A stretch of DNA of 64,000 bases. Source: Lobosporangium transversale (Eukaryota). Shown piece after piece: positions 11,821-24,467 of the stretch. Under the pieces are notes generated by a model, which had not been told where the DNA came from, did not search any database, and worked only from the letters and a program-made list of their open reading frames with translations. Within the stretch, counting starts at the first letter, position 1, and each line of letters begins with the position of its first letter. The stretch lies in assembly GCF_002105155.1 (NCBI RefSeq), contig NW_019029010.1, forward strand, positions 124,001 to 188,000, given 5' to 3'. Made by a program: the position numbers and the translations under genes.

Positions 11821-13911
11821 GCTTCCATGCCCTGCCGATATACAAGCAAAAATGACTGAGAGATCGGTCGTCACAATTGCGTGAATTACTCGGGGTGAGT
11901 TGCTTTGATATATATATACTTTATTAGCTTATGTATTCTTCCCGAGAACGAACACGCCAATGAGAGCAGCTCTGGTTTTTTCTTTGAAGGAAGGGGAAAA
12001 GTGGAGAGAAACCACATCTTATTCATCCCATGCACCACAGAAAGCCGAGCTTATTGGATGGCTAGTTTTCTAAACAGTGACAGTTTTCACTCAATCACTC
12101 AATCACTCAATTAATAAACAACTCTCTGCGAAACTGTATTCAGGCACCATCCAAGACGGTGTATTGGTTTTCATGACGTTTTTTTATTGTTCTTTTCGTC
12201 ATAGCCGGTGTGTGTGAATGACTCAGCGATCCAATGGTTCAATGATTCATTTTCATTTTCCGATCTGCATTAGCAAAAAGAATGAATGAATAAACTCTGA
12301 TTGCTCATTGTTCTTCCATCGTAAACAAGATGACGAACTTTGGTCGTACAAATCCGCGACATTGTAATCCGAACAAATTGGCTACTTGACCTAATTGCCT
12401 TGTACCCCAAAGGTGCTTGCTATTAAAAAAAAGCCATTTTAGATGCAGTACCGATACTGAAGTCGCTTATTTCTTTAACGGTTTAGTGACTTGACTCTTG
12501 ATTGTTTCTCTATCTATACACACTACCTTCTGTATAATTGATTTTCAAGCTTCTCTTATTTGCCATATGTTAATCCTCAGGTTCATAATTATTATGGTGG
12601 ATATCCCTATTATAGTCATCCATTGATCTAGTTCAACTAACTCCTTACAGCCATTGTCAAAAATCAAAAATCAGTAACTTTAACAACTTTAGCGGAGACA
12701 AAAAAAAAAAAAAAAAAAAAAAACAAACGCTGAGATTCTGATGCTTCCATTGTAAACATGAACCACAATTGCAAGCGTGACTATGTCATTCCCCAATCAT
12801 CATCCCTATTCACGAACTCTTTCTCCCTCGGAATAATTATAGGCTTCAACGATATTATGATGTTGTTAACAAATCTCCATGCTCGTTTAATCCGCTCATC
12901 GAGAGTGAGAGACTGATGAAGGTTTCACTATCAGCGTTTGTTATTCAATTAAACACTTATAAAGATGGGGATGTTTTCTGTCTGAATGTTTAAGAATGTA
13001 CATGTACAACGTTTTAATGGAAGTAAAGATGTTGATTTCCCTAGAGAAAAGGAAAAAAAGAAAAAAAGAAAAAAAAAAAGGCATCATTGTTTCCAATCAT
13101 ACCAAATACAGTAGACAAGTGAGAAAAATAGCTGAGACTGTAAGTTTCCAGAAAACGATACTATTCTTTGTCTGCTGCATGATCTTGAAGGACGCACGGA
13201 TCATTTACATGGAGAAAAGAGGGAATATGCAAGAAAAGAGGCAAGATACAAAAAACACTAACCCGTAAACAATACGAAAACAAAATAAACAAGTCCAATT
13301 GATCATTGATTCAATGGCTCATGCCTGGCAAGCAAGATTAAAAAAAAAAAAAAAACAAAAAAACAAAAGCCTGAAATCTTTTTCTCCCATGACTGGTTGT
13401 ACGATGTCATTGAGAGGCATGTAGGGTTGCATTGAAGCTTATTCTGCTGATCCTTGGAGGTCTGGAGAAAAAAAACAACTGGCATCACATTTTGGGGATG
13501 CATGATCCGTCAATGGCCGTAACGGTCAATGCGGGAATACAGCGCTGAATAAACTCGGTGGGACGGACGTGTTGTCCTGAAAACCTAAATTTTTCTTCTT
13601 TCACTTTCTCTTCCCATTCTCGACTTTATACTATATAAACTACCCTCATCCCCACGTCCATCTTAGCTGCTACCCTTTCCCTCTTTCCCTCTCTCCCTCC
13701 CCCTGCGATTGCATTTGCGCAATTTACCTCTCGGTTACCTCCATCTACAAACGGCTTGACTTTGTTATATCACTTGATCACTTGTCAACCCTTAATTGTA
13801 TGTTCTATCCAAATAGTGTTTGTGTTTCAGCCTAATTAATACCATATGATATTGCCACTGACATCAAATAATTCATGTTATCTCTCTTAGTAAAAAAAAA
13901 AAGTAGAAAGA

Positions 13912-16900
13912 ATGGATCGGTTTGAAGCCTTGGTTACTCGTGGTTCTTTACAATGCCAAGTGGCAATTAAAGTTGCCAGAGCTAATCTGGAGCTTTCTTA
14001 TCAAGAACGAGACCCCAAAGTGGCCCTGGAACAATGCTTAGATGCTTGCGCTGCTTTATATCGCATACGAAGCCACGAGCGGAAGAAGCTCGCTTCATCT
14101 TCGACTCTGGTGGACAAGTGCCTGTGTCAAGACATTTCAAGCGCTTGGCAAGAGCTTGGACAACAGTTTGAGAAAATAAATCGTCAAAGCGAGGCGAAGG
14201 CCTGTTTCAGTCAGGTTAAGAAATGGCGCCATCACCAAGGTGGAACCCAGTCTTCTCTACACAGCTCAAGCTCTAGTATTAGTGGCAGCACCATCAATAA
14301 CGACCACAGCAACAACATTAAAGTAAGAGAGAGCATCGACGACGGAAGAAGCAGCATCACCAATGACAGCGACAGTCACACCATCAGCAGAAGAAGTAGT
14401 ATCGATAGAAGAAGCAGCGTCAACACTGACACCAGAAGTATTAACGAAAAGAACATCAATAGCATTAACACATACGGCTATGGCGTTGAAAGTAGCCCTA
14501 TATCTCCTATATCCTCTATATTCTCCATTCCGAGCAGCAGCAAAGACATTGCGGTCCTCAAATCAATCCAGCTCTCGATGTATGATATTCGTTCAGAGAT
14601 CTTCAATAGCGATGTCCTACCAACGTCTGAAAAATGCAAACTACCAGAAGTAGATGAACGATTGGAGGATGTTCAGCAGCTCGTGCACTGCCTCAGTCTA
14701 CTACCATCTGCACCTCTTCCAATGAAAAGTCCCCATAAAGAGGAACAGAAATGGTCTATCGCTAGATCCAAGGATAAAGACGAGATGGAACGACTGCAGA
14801 GTCTCGCATCAGAGATGATTGCCATGTTCACCAGTGATGGAAATATCAAAGCCGAAGCTACAGTTGCTGAGGTGGTATGCTTGGCTCCGGTTCTCAGTAA
14901 GGTCCAGTTCAGGAAGCTGATGATGGCACTTGTGGACGAGATCGATCGGAATCTCCTACTAAAGACGCATCTACTAGAAGGCCTAGCCCAGCTGATGCAA
15001 AGTGGTCTTCCCGGACATATTGATTCGGATGATCTCGTCAAGATCTTAAACATGCTCAGTACACGTATACAAGACACTCACATTCAGTCGAGTGAACACC
15101 TCTATTCACTGGCTGCTACAGTTTCGAATGTCTTGGATGCCATGGTCAACAACCAAGTCAAAGGCCTCAAGCGTGAACGGCTTCACGAGCCTCTAGCGGC
15201 TTACTTGGAAACACTTAGGAGCTGCTCGGATCCACATCTACAATATTATGCAGCCTATGCCTACCAAGCCTTGTTATACATTCCTGACGACGAAACAACT
15301 ATGCAGGCTATGCTCAGGCGCACAACAGCAGTCCTTCGGGGTGTATTTGGTGTAGTGAGCGCTGTTAAGAGCTTCGATATGAATAGGTTTTTGGATGAGA
15401 TCGGCAAAATTCAAGAGCAGCTGCCTCCGATATCAAGCGTAGTAAACGCAAGCCTGCGTTTGTATAATGGTTCAGTATCCCTCTCAGAGAGTGGGGAAAC
15501 ATTTATGCAATGTATGAAGGAGGGTCTGAGCTTTAAAAAAAAGACTGCATGGTATCCAGCACTAAGGATGGCCGATGCCTTGCTACAGACAGGTGAGCTC
15601 CCCAAATTCAAGATCCTTGTTCGTATGGCGCCGTGTCGATTTGAGCTAGCCTTCCAGTGGGGAATATGTCAGCGACTAGGCCAATATGCCGCTGACACAA
15701 AGCGGACCATGGAGTCTCGCCAAGATGCAATTGCTTTCTTGGGTCAACTTTATAAGAATAGTTTTGATTGGGGGGATTACAATCATACTAAGCAATGGAT
15801 CCTCGCCATCCTCAAACGCCTAGCCCAGGTATCCGCTAGTAGTCAGCAAGGTAACTCCCTCCCCGCCCCTTCTTCGAGCTAATCAGGTTTTGTTATTACC
15901 AATTAATAATATAATCGTGCCCTAATACTCGTTTACACTTTCCACTATTAGCTGCTGAAAGGTTACTCTCGCAACTGGCTAATGATGGAGATGAAACGAA
16001 TCATAAATTCTACGCTATGTGCATGAATGAAACCCCATGTCATCATCCAATCATTACATCTTCGCAACAGTCTACATCTCCGTCCCTACTCGACCGTGTT
16101 CAGAAGAAGCCAGATGTCGAAAAAAGCCTACGCCAACTTAAGCGGCAACAATCCGAAGCCCTCCACCCAGATGATCGACGTATCTATATCCCGCTTCGAG
16201 CCAAAGCAAGCCACAGGTCTAAAGATGATGATTTTCCATTAATGGACAAGGTGGAAGAGTTTCTCAAGAGCAATCGAACAGTGTTTCTTATTCAAGGCGA
16301 TTCAGGTGCCGGCAAGTCGACTTTCGTTCGTACATTAGAACGTCGTTTGTGGGATAAATACGAAAAAGATATTGGAAAGATTCCACTCTTTATCAGTTTA
16401 CCAGCTATCGACAATCCAGAGAGAGACCTGGTTGCAAAGCAGTTGCGGAGAGCTGACTTTACAGAGCCACAGATTAAGGAGCTTAAGATGAATCGCGAGC
16501 TCATTCTCATCTGTGATGGATATGACGAAACGAAGCTGACAAGCAACTTGTATATGAGCAACAAGCTGAATGAGAAAGGAGAATGGAAAGTCAAGATGGT
16601 GATCAGTTGCCGCAGTGAGCACCTTGGCCAGGACTATCGGGACCGCTTTCAACCAGCAGACCGTGACCAGCAGACGGGGGACTGCCTATTCCAAGAAGCA
16701 TTTATCACACCATTTTCTAATGCCCAAGTTGATGATTACATTGTGCAGTATGTAAAAGTCGTAGACCCAGTGTGGCGAGTTGGAGACTATCGAAACGCAT
16801 TAAAACAGGTACCAAGTCTCCAAGGCCTAGTGAGGAACCCATTCCTGCTGTCGCTGTCACTTGAAGTCCTACCGCAGATGGCAGATCCATATCGAGGCTC

Positions 16901-19900
16901 CACAGAGGTCAAACGCGTCTCACTCTATGACCAATACATCCAATTATGGCTCGAGCGAGGCAAGAAGCGATTGAATGGCACATTGAAGTCGAAAGATAGA
17001 AGAACATTTGAGATACTATGCGACGAGGGTTTTGCACAGAACGGGATCCGGTATCTGACTGCGTTGGCAACTGCAATTTACAGGAACCAAGGCGGCAGCT
17101 CTGTTGTAGATTACTCTCCGTTCCAGGACAAAGGTACATGGAAGGAGGAGTTTTTCAACCGAGAGGATGACAAGCATCTTTTGCGCGAGGCATCGCCCCT
17201 GATCCGTATCGGCAACCAGTTCCGCTTTATCCACCGTTCGGTTCTGGAATACTGTTTGGTCCGAGCGATATATGAGCCGCGGGGGGCAAAGGACATTACA
17301 GCAATGAATGCTGACGATGTAGTGCCAACACCATCAATGAGACGAGGAAGTATCAGTTCTGTTTACAGCTTTGAATCACAGGACGACGAGTTGAGTGTGT
17401 TACATACACAAGAGCCCGAGCCCAATGAGGCGTCGCCTTTAGTTTGGAAGAGCTTTGTGAACGAGTCATCTATTATGCAGTTCCTAGTGGAGCGAACTCA
17501 GTTGGAGCCTGTATTCAAACGACAGCTGCTGGGATATATTGAGCATTCGAGGAAGGACAACAAGTGGCGGATAGCAGCAGCGAACGCCATGACGATCCTG
17601 GTTCGTGCTGGTATGTCATTCGGTGGAGCCGATTTGCGCGGGATCCGGATCCCAGGAGCGGATTTACGACATGGCAACTTTGATTCAGCTCAGCTTCAAG
17701 AAGCAGATTTGAGAAGGGTCAAGATGGCCAATAGCTGGCTTCGCGAAGCAGACCTGAGTGGTGCATTGATGAAGGGAGTGCAGTTCGGCGAATGGTTATA
17801 TCTGGAGTTCGATTCAAGTGCTTCCGGCGGCACATATTCGCCAGATGGGAAAACACTGACTGTATGGACTACGAACGGCATGGTCAATGTCTTCGATACA
17901 TTGACATGGAACAAGCTCTGGTCGAGGAATGCAGCTTCTATCAATGGCTTCAACCCCTATTCACCGGACAGCCGGTACATCGCTCTTCCCACTGACAACA
18001 AAGAGATTCACATATGCGAAGCAACGTCTGGAAAACATATCCTGACTTTAACAGGGCATTTGGGTAGGATTCGGTTTCTGGAGTACTCGCCCAGTGGCCA
18101 CCAAATTGCGTCCATCGCATACGACGACGATTCTGTGTATGTGTGGGATACATCGTCAGGGGAGCGTTTATTCAACTTGAAAGACCACATACAGAACGTG
18201 GTTTTCCTGGCATACTCACCTGATGGGAAACAACTTGCATCAGCCGGTGAAGATGGAACGATCAAGCTTTGGGACTCATCATCGGGATCATCACAGTTGT
18301 CGCTGGAGGGCAACGAAAACCGTGTAAAGCATATTGCTTACTCTCCAGACGGCCGCGAAATCATTTCCGATGGCCACGGCTCTATTCTTCATGCTTGGGA
18401 CGCTCAATCAGGCGAATTGAAAACAGCCATGAGGTTGGACGATTATCTGAATAGCTTCAAATTCTCTTTTGATCGAAAGCTCTTCGTCGCGCGCGAGAGA
18501 GAAAAAGCATACATTTGCGATGCACGCACAAAGGCCATCATCCACACCCTCGAAGGACATGCTCATAATATCTTAGACGCGGCATTCCAGCCCCATGGTG
18601 GCCAAATTGCCACATGTAGTTCGGATAAGACAGTTCGACTCTGGGACGTTAAGTCTGGACAATTGATCAACACCTTTTATGGCCATACAAGCACAATCGA
18701 TCAGGTGGTGTTTTCACCAAGTGGTCATCAGATTGCATCGTTCAGTCGCGACAAGACGGTTCGTCTATGGGATGCTCAGTTGCCATCATCGGTTCATGCT
18801 ACATCTGGCCATACATGTCTTATCAATAGCATTACCAGCTCACCTGATGGAATGCAGGTGGCCTCTGCTAGCGATGACGGCACAGTGCGCCTTTGGGATG
18901 CACAAACAGGGCATATTATGCAGACATTGCAAGGCTACCAAGGTGGAGTCCTTGACGTCAAGTATTCACAAACTGGTCATCTACTTGCTTCTCGCGATAA
19001 TAGCGACGCTTTGCATCTTTGGGACGTTTATTCGAGCCAACTCCAGATCCTAGGTCGAAAAGATGCCCAAGGCCACTGTATCAGTGATATGGCTTTCTCA
19101 TCTAATGGCAACTTCATCGTATCTGGCTACAAAAATGGAGATGTTCGTATCTGGGAAAGCAAAACAGGACAACCCTTCCGCATATTACAAAACCAGTGTG
19201 CCTCAGTGGCTTCTGTCGCATTTTCACCCGACGGTCGGCAAGTAGCCTCGTTGACGAGCCGTGGCAAGATCACAGTATGGTCTACAGAGAGATTGGAAGA
19301 CCCCCTTCATTCTATTGAGCTTGGATCACATCGATCTCGTCATCTTATGTACCTGCCTAATGGACATCAAATCGTCACTCTTTGTGAGAAAGGCATGGAC
19401 GGTCTGTATCTGTTTGACACCAATGACGGCCAAGTACGCCAGATGGTGGAAGTTCAAGGAAGCATTACCGCTGTGGCAGTTTCACCATGTGGCCGTCGAA
19501 TTGTCTGTGCATATAACCGCGGAGATTTAGCTATGGTAGAAGTGGAAGAAGCAGAAGCGCTAAAAGCACAAGCTGGAATAAGGCCAAAGAAACTAGTCAG
19601 AAGTCATTCAGGCGATGTCAAGGTTGTGGCTTATTCGGCTGATGGCCAGTTTTTTGCCTCTGGGGGTGGTGAGGACAAGGCAGTATGCGTTTGGGACGCA
19701 GAATCAGGCCAACGTTTAGTTGCTATTCAGGATAGTGGCTTATATATCTCGCAGGTCCATTCTCTCGCTTGGTTCAATACTTCCGAGGAAGGCTTATTGC
19801 TGGCAATGGGATGCAAAAATGGCTCTGTTTGGATGTGGAGCATTCATAAGAACGAGGGCAAGTGCCGATACCGGTTGAAGTGGACCTCGAAACACACTCT

Positions 19901-20240
19901 GTTGAATGCGAAGAAGACATGCTTGGAAAGAGTGATTGGGCTAAGCGAATCTAATAGAAAGCTTTTGGAGCAACGTGGCGCTATTGGTAAGCCTATGAAG
20001 ACCTCAGAGCCTAACATAAGGCTTGAAGCAGTGGTGACTACGGAACCCAAATTCAGACCACTTTCTCCCATGGCTAAGATCAACCATGAGGTATCACTAA
20101 AGACCATTGCTCTACCACCAGAGCTGACTCAAAAGCAGAGTACTTCAATAACAGGGATGAATGGGTTAGACAGCAAGGGCAGCCAACGTTTTGTGTGTAG
20201 CGAGTGCCATAAAACTGCGGGCGTGATGGTGCACTGCTGA
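13912..20240 (+). CDS. NLR-like STAND protein 1: helical/Arm-like N-terminus, NACHT, pentapeptide repeats, ~14 WD40; exons 13912-15850 and 15952-20240; 2075 aa
   Basis: Walker A GDSGAGKST, Walker B LILICDGYDE, ADLRG/ADLRH/AQLQE/ADLRR pentapeptides, many GH...WD repeats; 101-nt intron 15851-15951 joins the 656-aa and 1407-aa ORFs in frame. Confidence 0.93.
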
Positions 20241-21530
20241 CCATGAGCAGCATTTTATGACAAGTTTTTTTTCTGTCATATACCATAATAGTAGAAATAG
20301 ATAGCTTCCTTGTTACCAACCTGAATAATCATTAAAGGCACCTCACCACCATTAACCACATCATGATATTGTCAAGCTGAGATACCGAGCTGGGCAGTAA
20401 AGCAGTTGGACTCAGGGGCAAATTGTGTTCTCAAAAAATACTACAGCAGTTAAGGATCTTAATAACGTGACGAATAGCTCATTAGTAATAATTTGTAGCC
20501 CTCACAATCGGGATACGGACAATAGATTCTTCTTAAGAAGAGTATGGATGACAAGGTTGATATCTATAAATGTCAATGCTTCGGATGGTTCTTTCGTGGG
20601 AAATTAGATACTTTGTTAATGGATGTGTTTTTAATGACAGTTGAACACCTTTATACACAAATGGCATGCAATGGTTAAAAAAAAAGTTGCTTGTTAATTG
20701 GAGCCAGGTACCAAGTAATGTATTGCTAGATACGGCTCTTTTTGCCTATAGTATTATGGCCCCTTTGTACTAGGAAATGGTTGTGAAACATATCCTTTTA
20801 TACACCAATCCTTTTTTACACGCACGTTCATTGTCTGGTTGGTCATAAACGATAGAATATTTGCTTGATCATTTGGTAACAGTCATCATAACTCCCTTCT
20901 AACCCTTTTTTCCGCCCTCTCAAAGAAGAAGCGTTTTCTTTCCCTTGTCCTCAGCTATTGATTTCGATAGCCTCTCTATTGCATATACACTTTTCCTCAG
21001 TACGAAAATCATAGTGTTTGAAAGTAACTCCATCTTTAGTATGCTCTCAAATTTTCCAATCTAAAGTTTTTTTTTTTTTTGTGAAAACAAAGATATGCAG
21101 GGATGCAGCAGTCCAGTAGTCCAAACGTCCCTTGCATTGAACACGTAGATGTACATGTACATGTACATAGCATGTACATTTACCTTCATAGGTGTATAGG
21201 ACTGACCATGACTCTTGCGATCATTTTTTTAAGAAAGCACCAAACACATTTTACACATACTAATATGTATTTCCAGGAAGAATATATCAGCTAGAAGGAC
21301 AATGTATTCACATGGTTAGAGGAAAAAAAAAAAAAAAAAAAAAAAAGGAAGGGAGCATACAGGGCAAATGTCTAATTTTAATATTTATGCGTTTAGTCAA
21401 TGGCGGTTATTGATTCATAGACAAAGAGACACATTGACATAAATAAAGGCTACGCGGAAGTTCAGACTGTAGAAAAGATCAAGGTACTCTACACTTTATT
21501 TTTATTATCTTTATTTTATTTTATATCATA

Positions 21531-22634
21531 TTACAAATTAGTGGTATAAAAGGACAAAAGCTTAGATGAGGTAAGTTCAGTGGCGAACACGTTGGAGGGC
21601 GTGATCAAGACTCGATGAGCCTTGCACTGTTGAGTTGGCATGGCCATGACATCTTCATTTTTGATGGTCTGCCATTGTTCGTCGAAAGAGACCCTGATGA
21701 TCGTATCCAAAGCGTTAGTGTTGATGATCGAGGACGACAGGAGCCAGAGGGCATGGGTGTTTGCATGATCAAGGTCAAAGGCGAGATGCAACAAGGCCGC
21801 GTTGATTCCCAAAGGAGATGTCAATTTGTGATAGGTGACAGTATCATCAGCATGAATGTGACCAATAGTGCCGGTGCCACTAGTCTCGTCGCCAAGGAGT
21901 GTAAACCAAATGCCATTGGGCCCAGTGATCATTCCAACGGGAGTCTTACCAGCGTCTGCAGGGATTGCGATTTGGGTTGTAACTCCAGTTGTAGGGTCGA
22001 TCTTCATAATGGAGGCAGAGTTGTCTTGTCCAGTATAGAACATGTTGTTGAGAGGATGTTGAGCGATAAAGATAGGACGAGGTTGGGCCGTATAGATTGT
22101 ATAATCAGATGTGTTGACATGGCTGATACGGAGCACCTCGGAGCTATCCTGGAGAGTGACCCAGAGCTCGTCACCATATTCACCAACGTAATGGGGACCA
22201 TTGCCAGGGGTAGGCACCATAATCTCCTGTACAACTTCGGGTGTCGTTTGGGCTGAATCGGTCTTGGGATCGATCAGCACCAGCTTGTTGGCTTTTTGGA
22301 GTGTAAGCCAGATTTTACCAGGATACCGTTGGGAATGAGCCAGTCCATGGAGGGCAGCAGTGCTGTTTTCCATTTCGAATGCGCCTAGTTGCTGGATAGC
22401 ACCGTGAGTATCGACTTGAGCTTTCAACAGCACGCTGTTGCTCATTTGCGAGATAAGCACAAAAGAGGTGTCAGGAACATTGATGACCTCGTGTGTCTGT
22501 TCGGCAATAGGCAATTGATTTTCAATGAAGTTATGACTGGATAAACGTTCGCTAGGCACAGGCTTGATGGGGACTTCGGCAAAAACCGACTGAACGGCCA
22601 AGAGTAGAAGTAAGACGGATCGTTTATTCAACAT
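21531..22634 (-). CDS. Secreted beta-propeller-like protein, virginiamycin B lyase (Vgb)-like
   Basis: Intronless 367-aa ORF from ATG 22634; signal peptide; repeated P-x-G...W-x-T blades (PVGMITGPNGIWFT, GPHYVG..LWVT). The fold assignment is an inference. Confidence 0.7.
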   Translation of the reverse strand: MLNKRSVLLLLLAVQSVFAEVPIKPVPSERLSSHNFIENQLPIAEQTHEVINVPDTSFVLISQMSNSVLLKAQVDTHGAIQQLGAFEMENSTAALHGLAHSQRYPGKIWLTLQKANKLVLIDPKTDSAQTTPEVVQEIMVPTPGNGPHYVGEYGDELWVTLQDSSEVLRISHVNTSDYTIYTAQPRPIFIAQHPLNNMFYTGQDNSASIMKIDPTTGVTTQIAIPADAGKTPVGMITGPNGIWFTLLGDETSGTGTIGHIHADDTVTYHKLTSPLGINAALLHLAFDLDHANTHALWLLSSSIINTNALDTIIRVSFDEQWQTIKNEDVMAMPTQQCKAHRVLITPSNVFATELTSSKLLSFYTTNL

Positions 22635-22835
22635 TTTTTTCACTTTTCAAATACTGTGTAAGTGTGAAGGTCTGGATGATGAGAGAAAGTCAGGAAGTTA
22701 AGATGAAAAGAAGAAAGAAAAAGCGGTCCTTTTTATATCCACAACCTAGCTTCCATTAGTATGTAGAATGGAAAAGGACTGGGTCGTCCCTAAACAAAAT
22801 AGGCTAGCCAATGAAATTTGATTTGGTTTTGTATA

Positions 22836-23054
22836 TATTGTCCTCGTCATTTGGTCATGCACATATTGTAAAAATATATTGATTGAATTGGCCCCAGAAA
22901 AAGCGCGTCACATTGAATGGGATTTGTGTATTGAATCGGTGGCTGATTTTGGCCACCAACTCATTTAAGATTATTCAAAATTCTGAGCCGACCAAATCAA
23001 TTCAATAATTATATGTTTTTAGAATATGTGCATGACCAAATGACGAGGACAATA
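22836..23054. mobile_element. MITE-like element, 219 bp, with perfect 32-bp inverted repeats bounded by TA
   Basis: 22836-22867 tattgtcctcgtcatttggtcatgcacatatt is the exact reverse complement of 23023-23054; non-coding interior. Confidence 0.75.
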
Positions 23055-24467
23055 CTAATGGCAACCGGAACCTATTTTTAAAAAAACGTTCATGCTCTCG
23101 TCAATGCATAGACAAAGACTAGTATGCACACGGACACTTATTCCCCTCTATCTTTCTCTCCCTCGGCATTTTACAATCTATCATCTCCATCTTTGTTCCG
23201 GGTGTACGCACACACGTACATCTTGGTTCCTTATGCCATACATAAGCCTTTCCTCCTTAAATTTAAAAATCCTGCCACCTTCTTCAACGTTCTGATGTCC
23301 TGATGCATGCATAAATATCTTAAAAAGTGCACCAACTTTACCGTAAGCAACCAGCAGGCTCAGTACCAGAGCAAAGCGAGCGTCATTGGCATGCATAATA
23401 TGCAAACATGTATGTGTTAGACATCATAAAGCAGGGATGGGGCATCAGATCAAATACAACATACCAGAGCCAGTTCAAGAATTGTAATTGGCTAAAAAAG
23501 ACACCTACCTTGTAAGAAGATGCACAGATAAGAAGGTGGCTCTCTGAGACTATCTATTGGTCTAGCATAGAAACTTTTTTCATCATCACAATGTCCATTT
23601 TTCTCTCCTTCTGCTTTACTGCTGAAGTATATTGACCGAGGCGTCAGATGGCAATACTCTCGGGCAGTGATTTTCATTGGTGAGTTTGACTGGCACGATA
23701 TATAACTGAAGTACCAGTATGCAAAGCTAAGGAGAAAATCCACCGACGGAGCAAATTGAGAATGTTAAATAGGGAGTTTTCACAAGCAAAAATGAACCCG
23801 ATGTAAATTCGTGATGATTTTTACGTCCAGGGACGTCTTTGACGAAATTTTCGTCAAGCTAAGGATTGAATTCATTATCACGATGAAGATCCTTGACGAA
23901 AAAAAAAAAAAAAAAAGAAAAAAAAATTACGAAAACTCTCAAATGTCTGCCTTGGCGGTGCAAGTCTTTAAAATTCTTGTGACTTCGAGAATAACTATCC
24001 TTAAGCTGTGGGCTTGAAACCATATCACTTGATGCTGCCAGTTCATGTTTCTTGTAAAGTTTCTTAATAACAAAAAGAAAGTGTACTTCACTTTTCATCA
24101 AGAATGAGGAAACAAGTCAGTCCCTCGATTTCGTCTCCTATTAGACCTGAACATTGGTTCCATTGCCCAGTACGCCACTCAGTAGATACTTCATGATTGC
24201 TTACTTGGAAACTTAGAGTGCGCATTAACAGAGAGGCTTTAAGATGTAGATGCGGTACGATAGGGAACGCTCTATTGCGCCCTATCCATGAACATAATGT
24301 TGTAAAAAAAGGTTACACATCAAGTTAAGCATGGCGCAGCATTTCAAAATCTACAGGTCATGTCTACAACAAACATCGCCTCAACATCTCATTTTAAAAA
24401 ACACATCTCCATCAACCTCTTAAAAAATCTCATTCCTCTTCTCTCCTTTTCCCCCACTCATCCATTT

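Noticed and set aside
17800..19850. HET-E-like highly conserved WD40 repeats
   Set aside because: The repeats are strongly diverged from each other, with no sign of concerted evolution
21615..22256. Antisense ORFs over long genes (also 41661-42302, 39180-39635)
   Set aside because: Shadow frames of well-supported genes with no recognisable motifs
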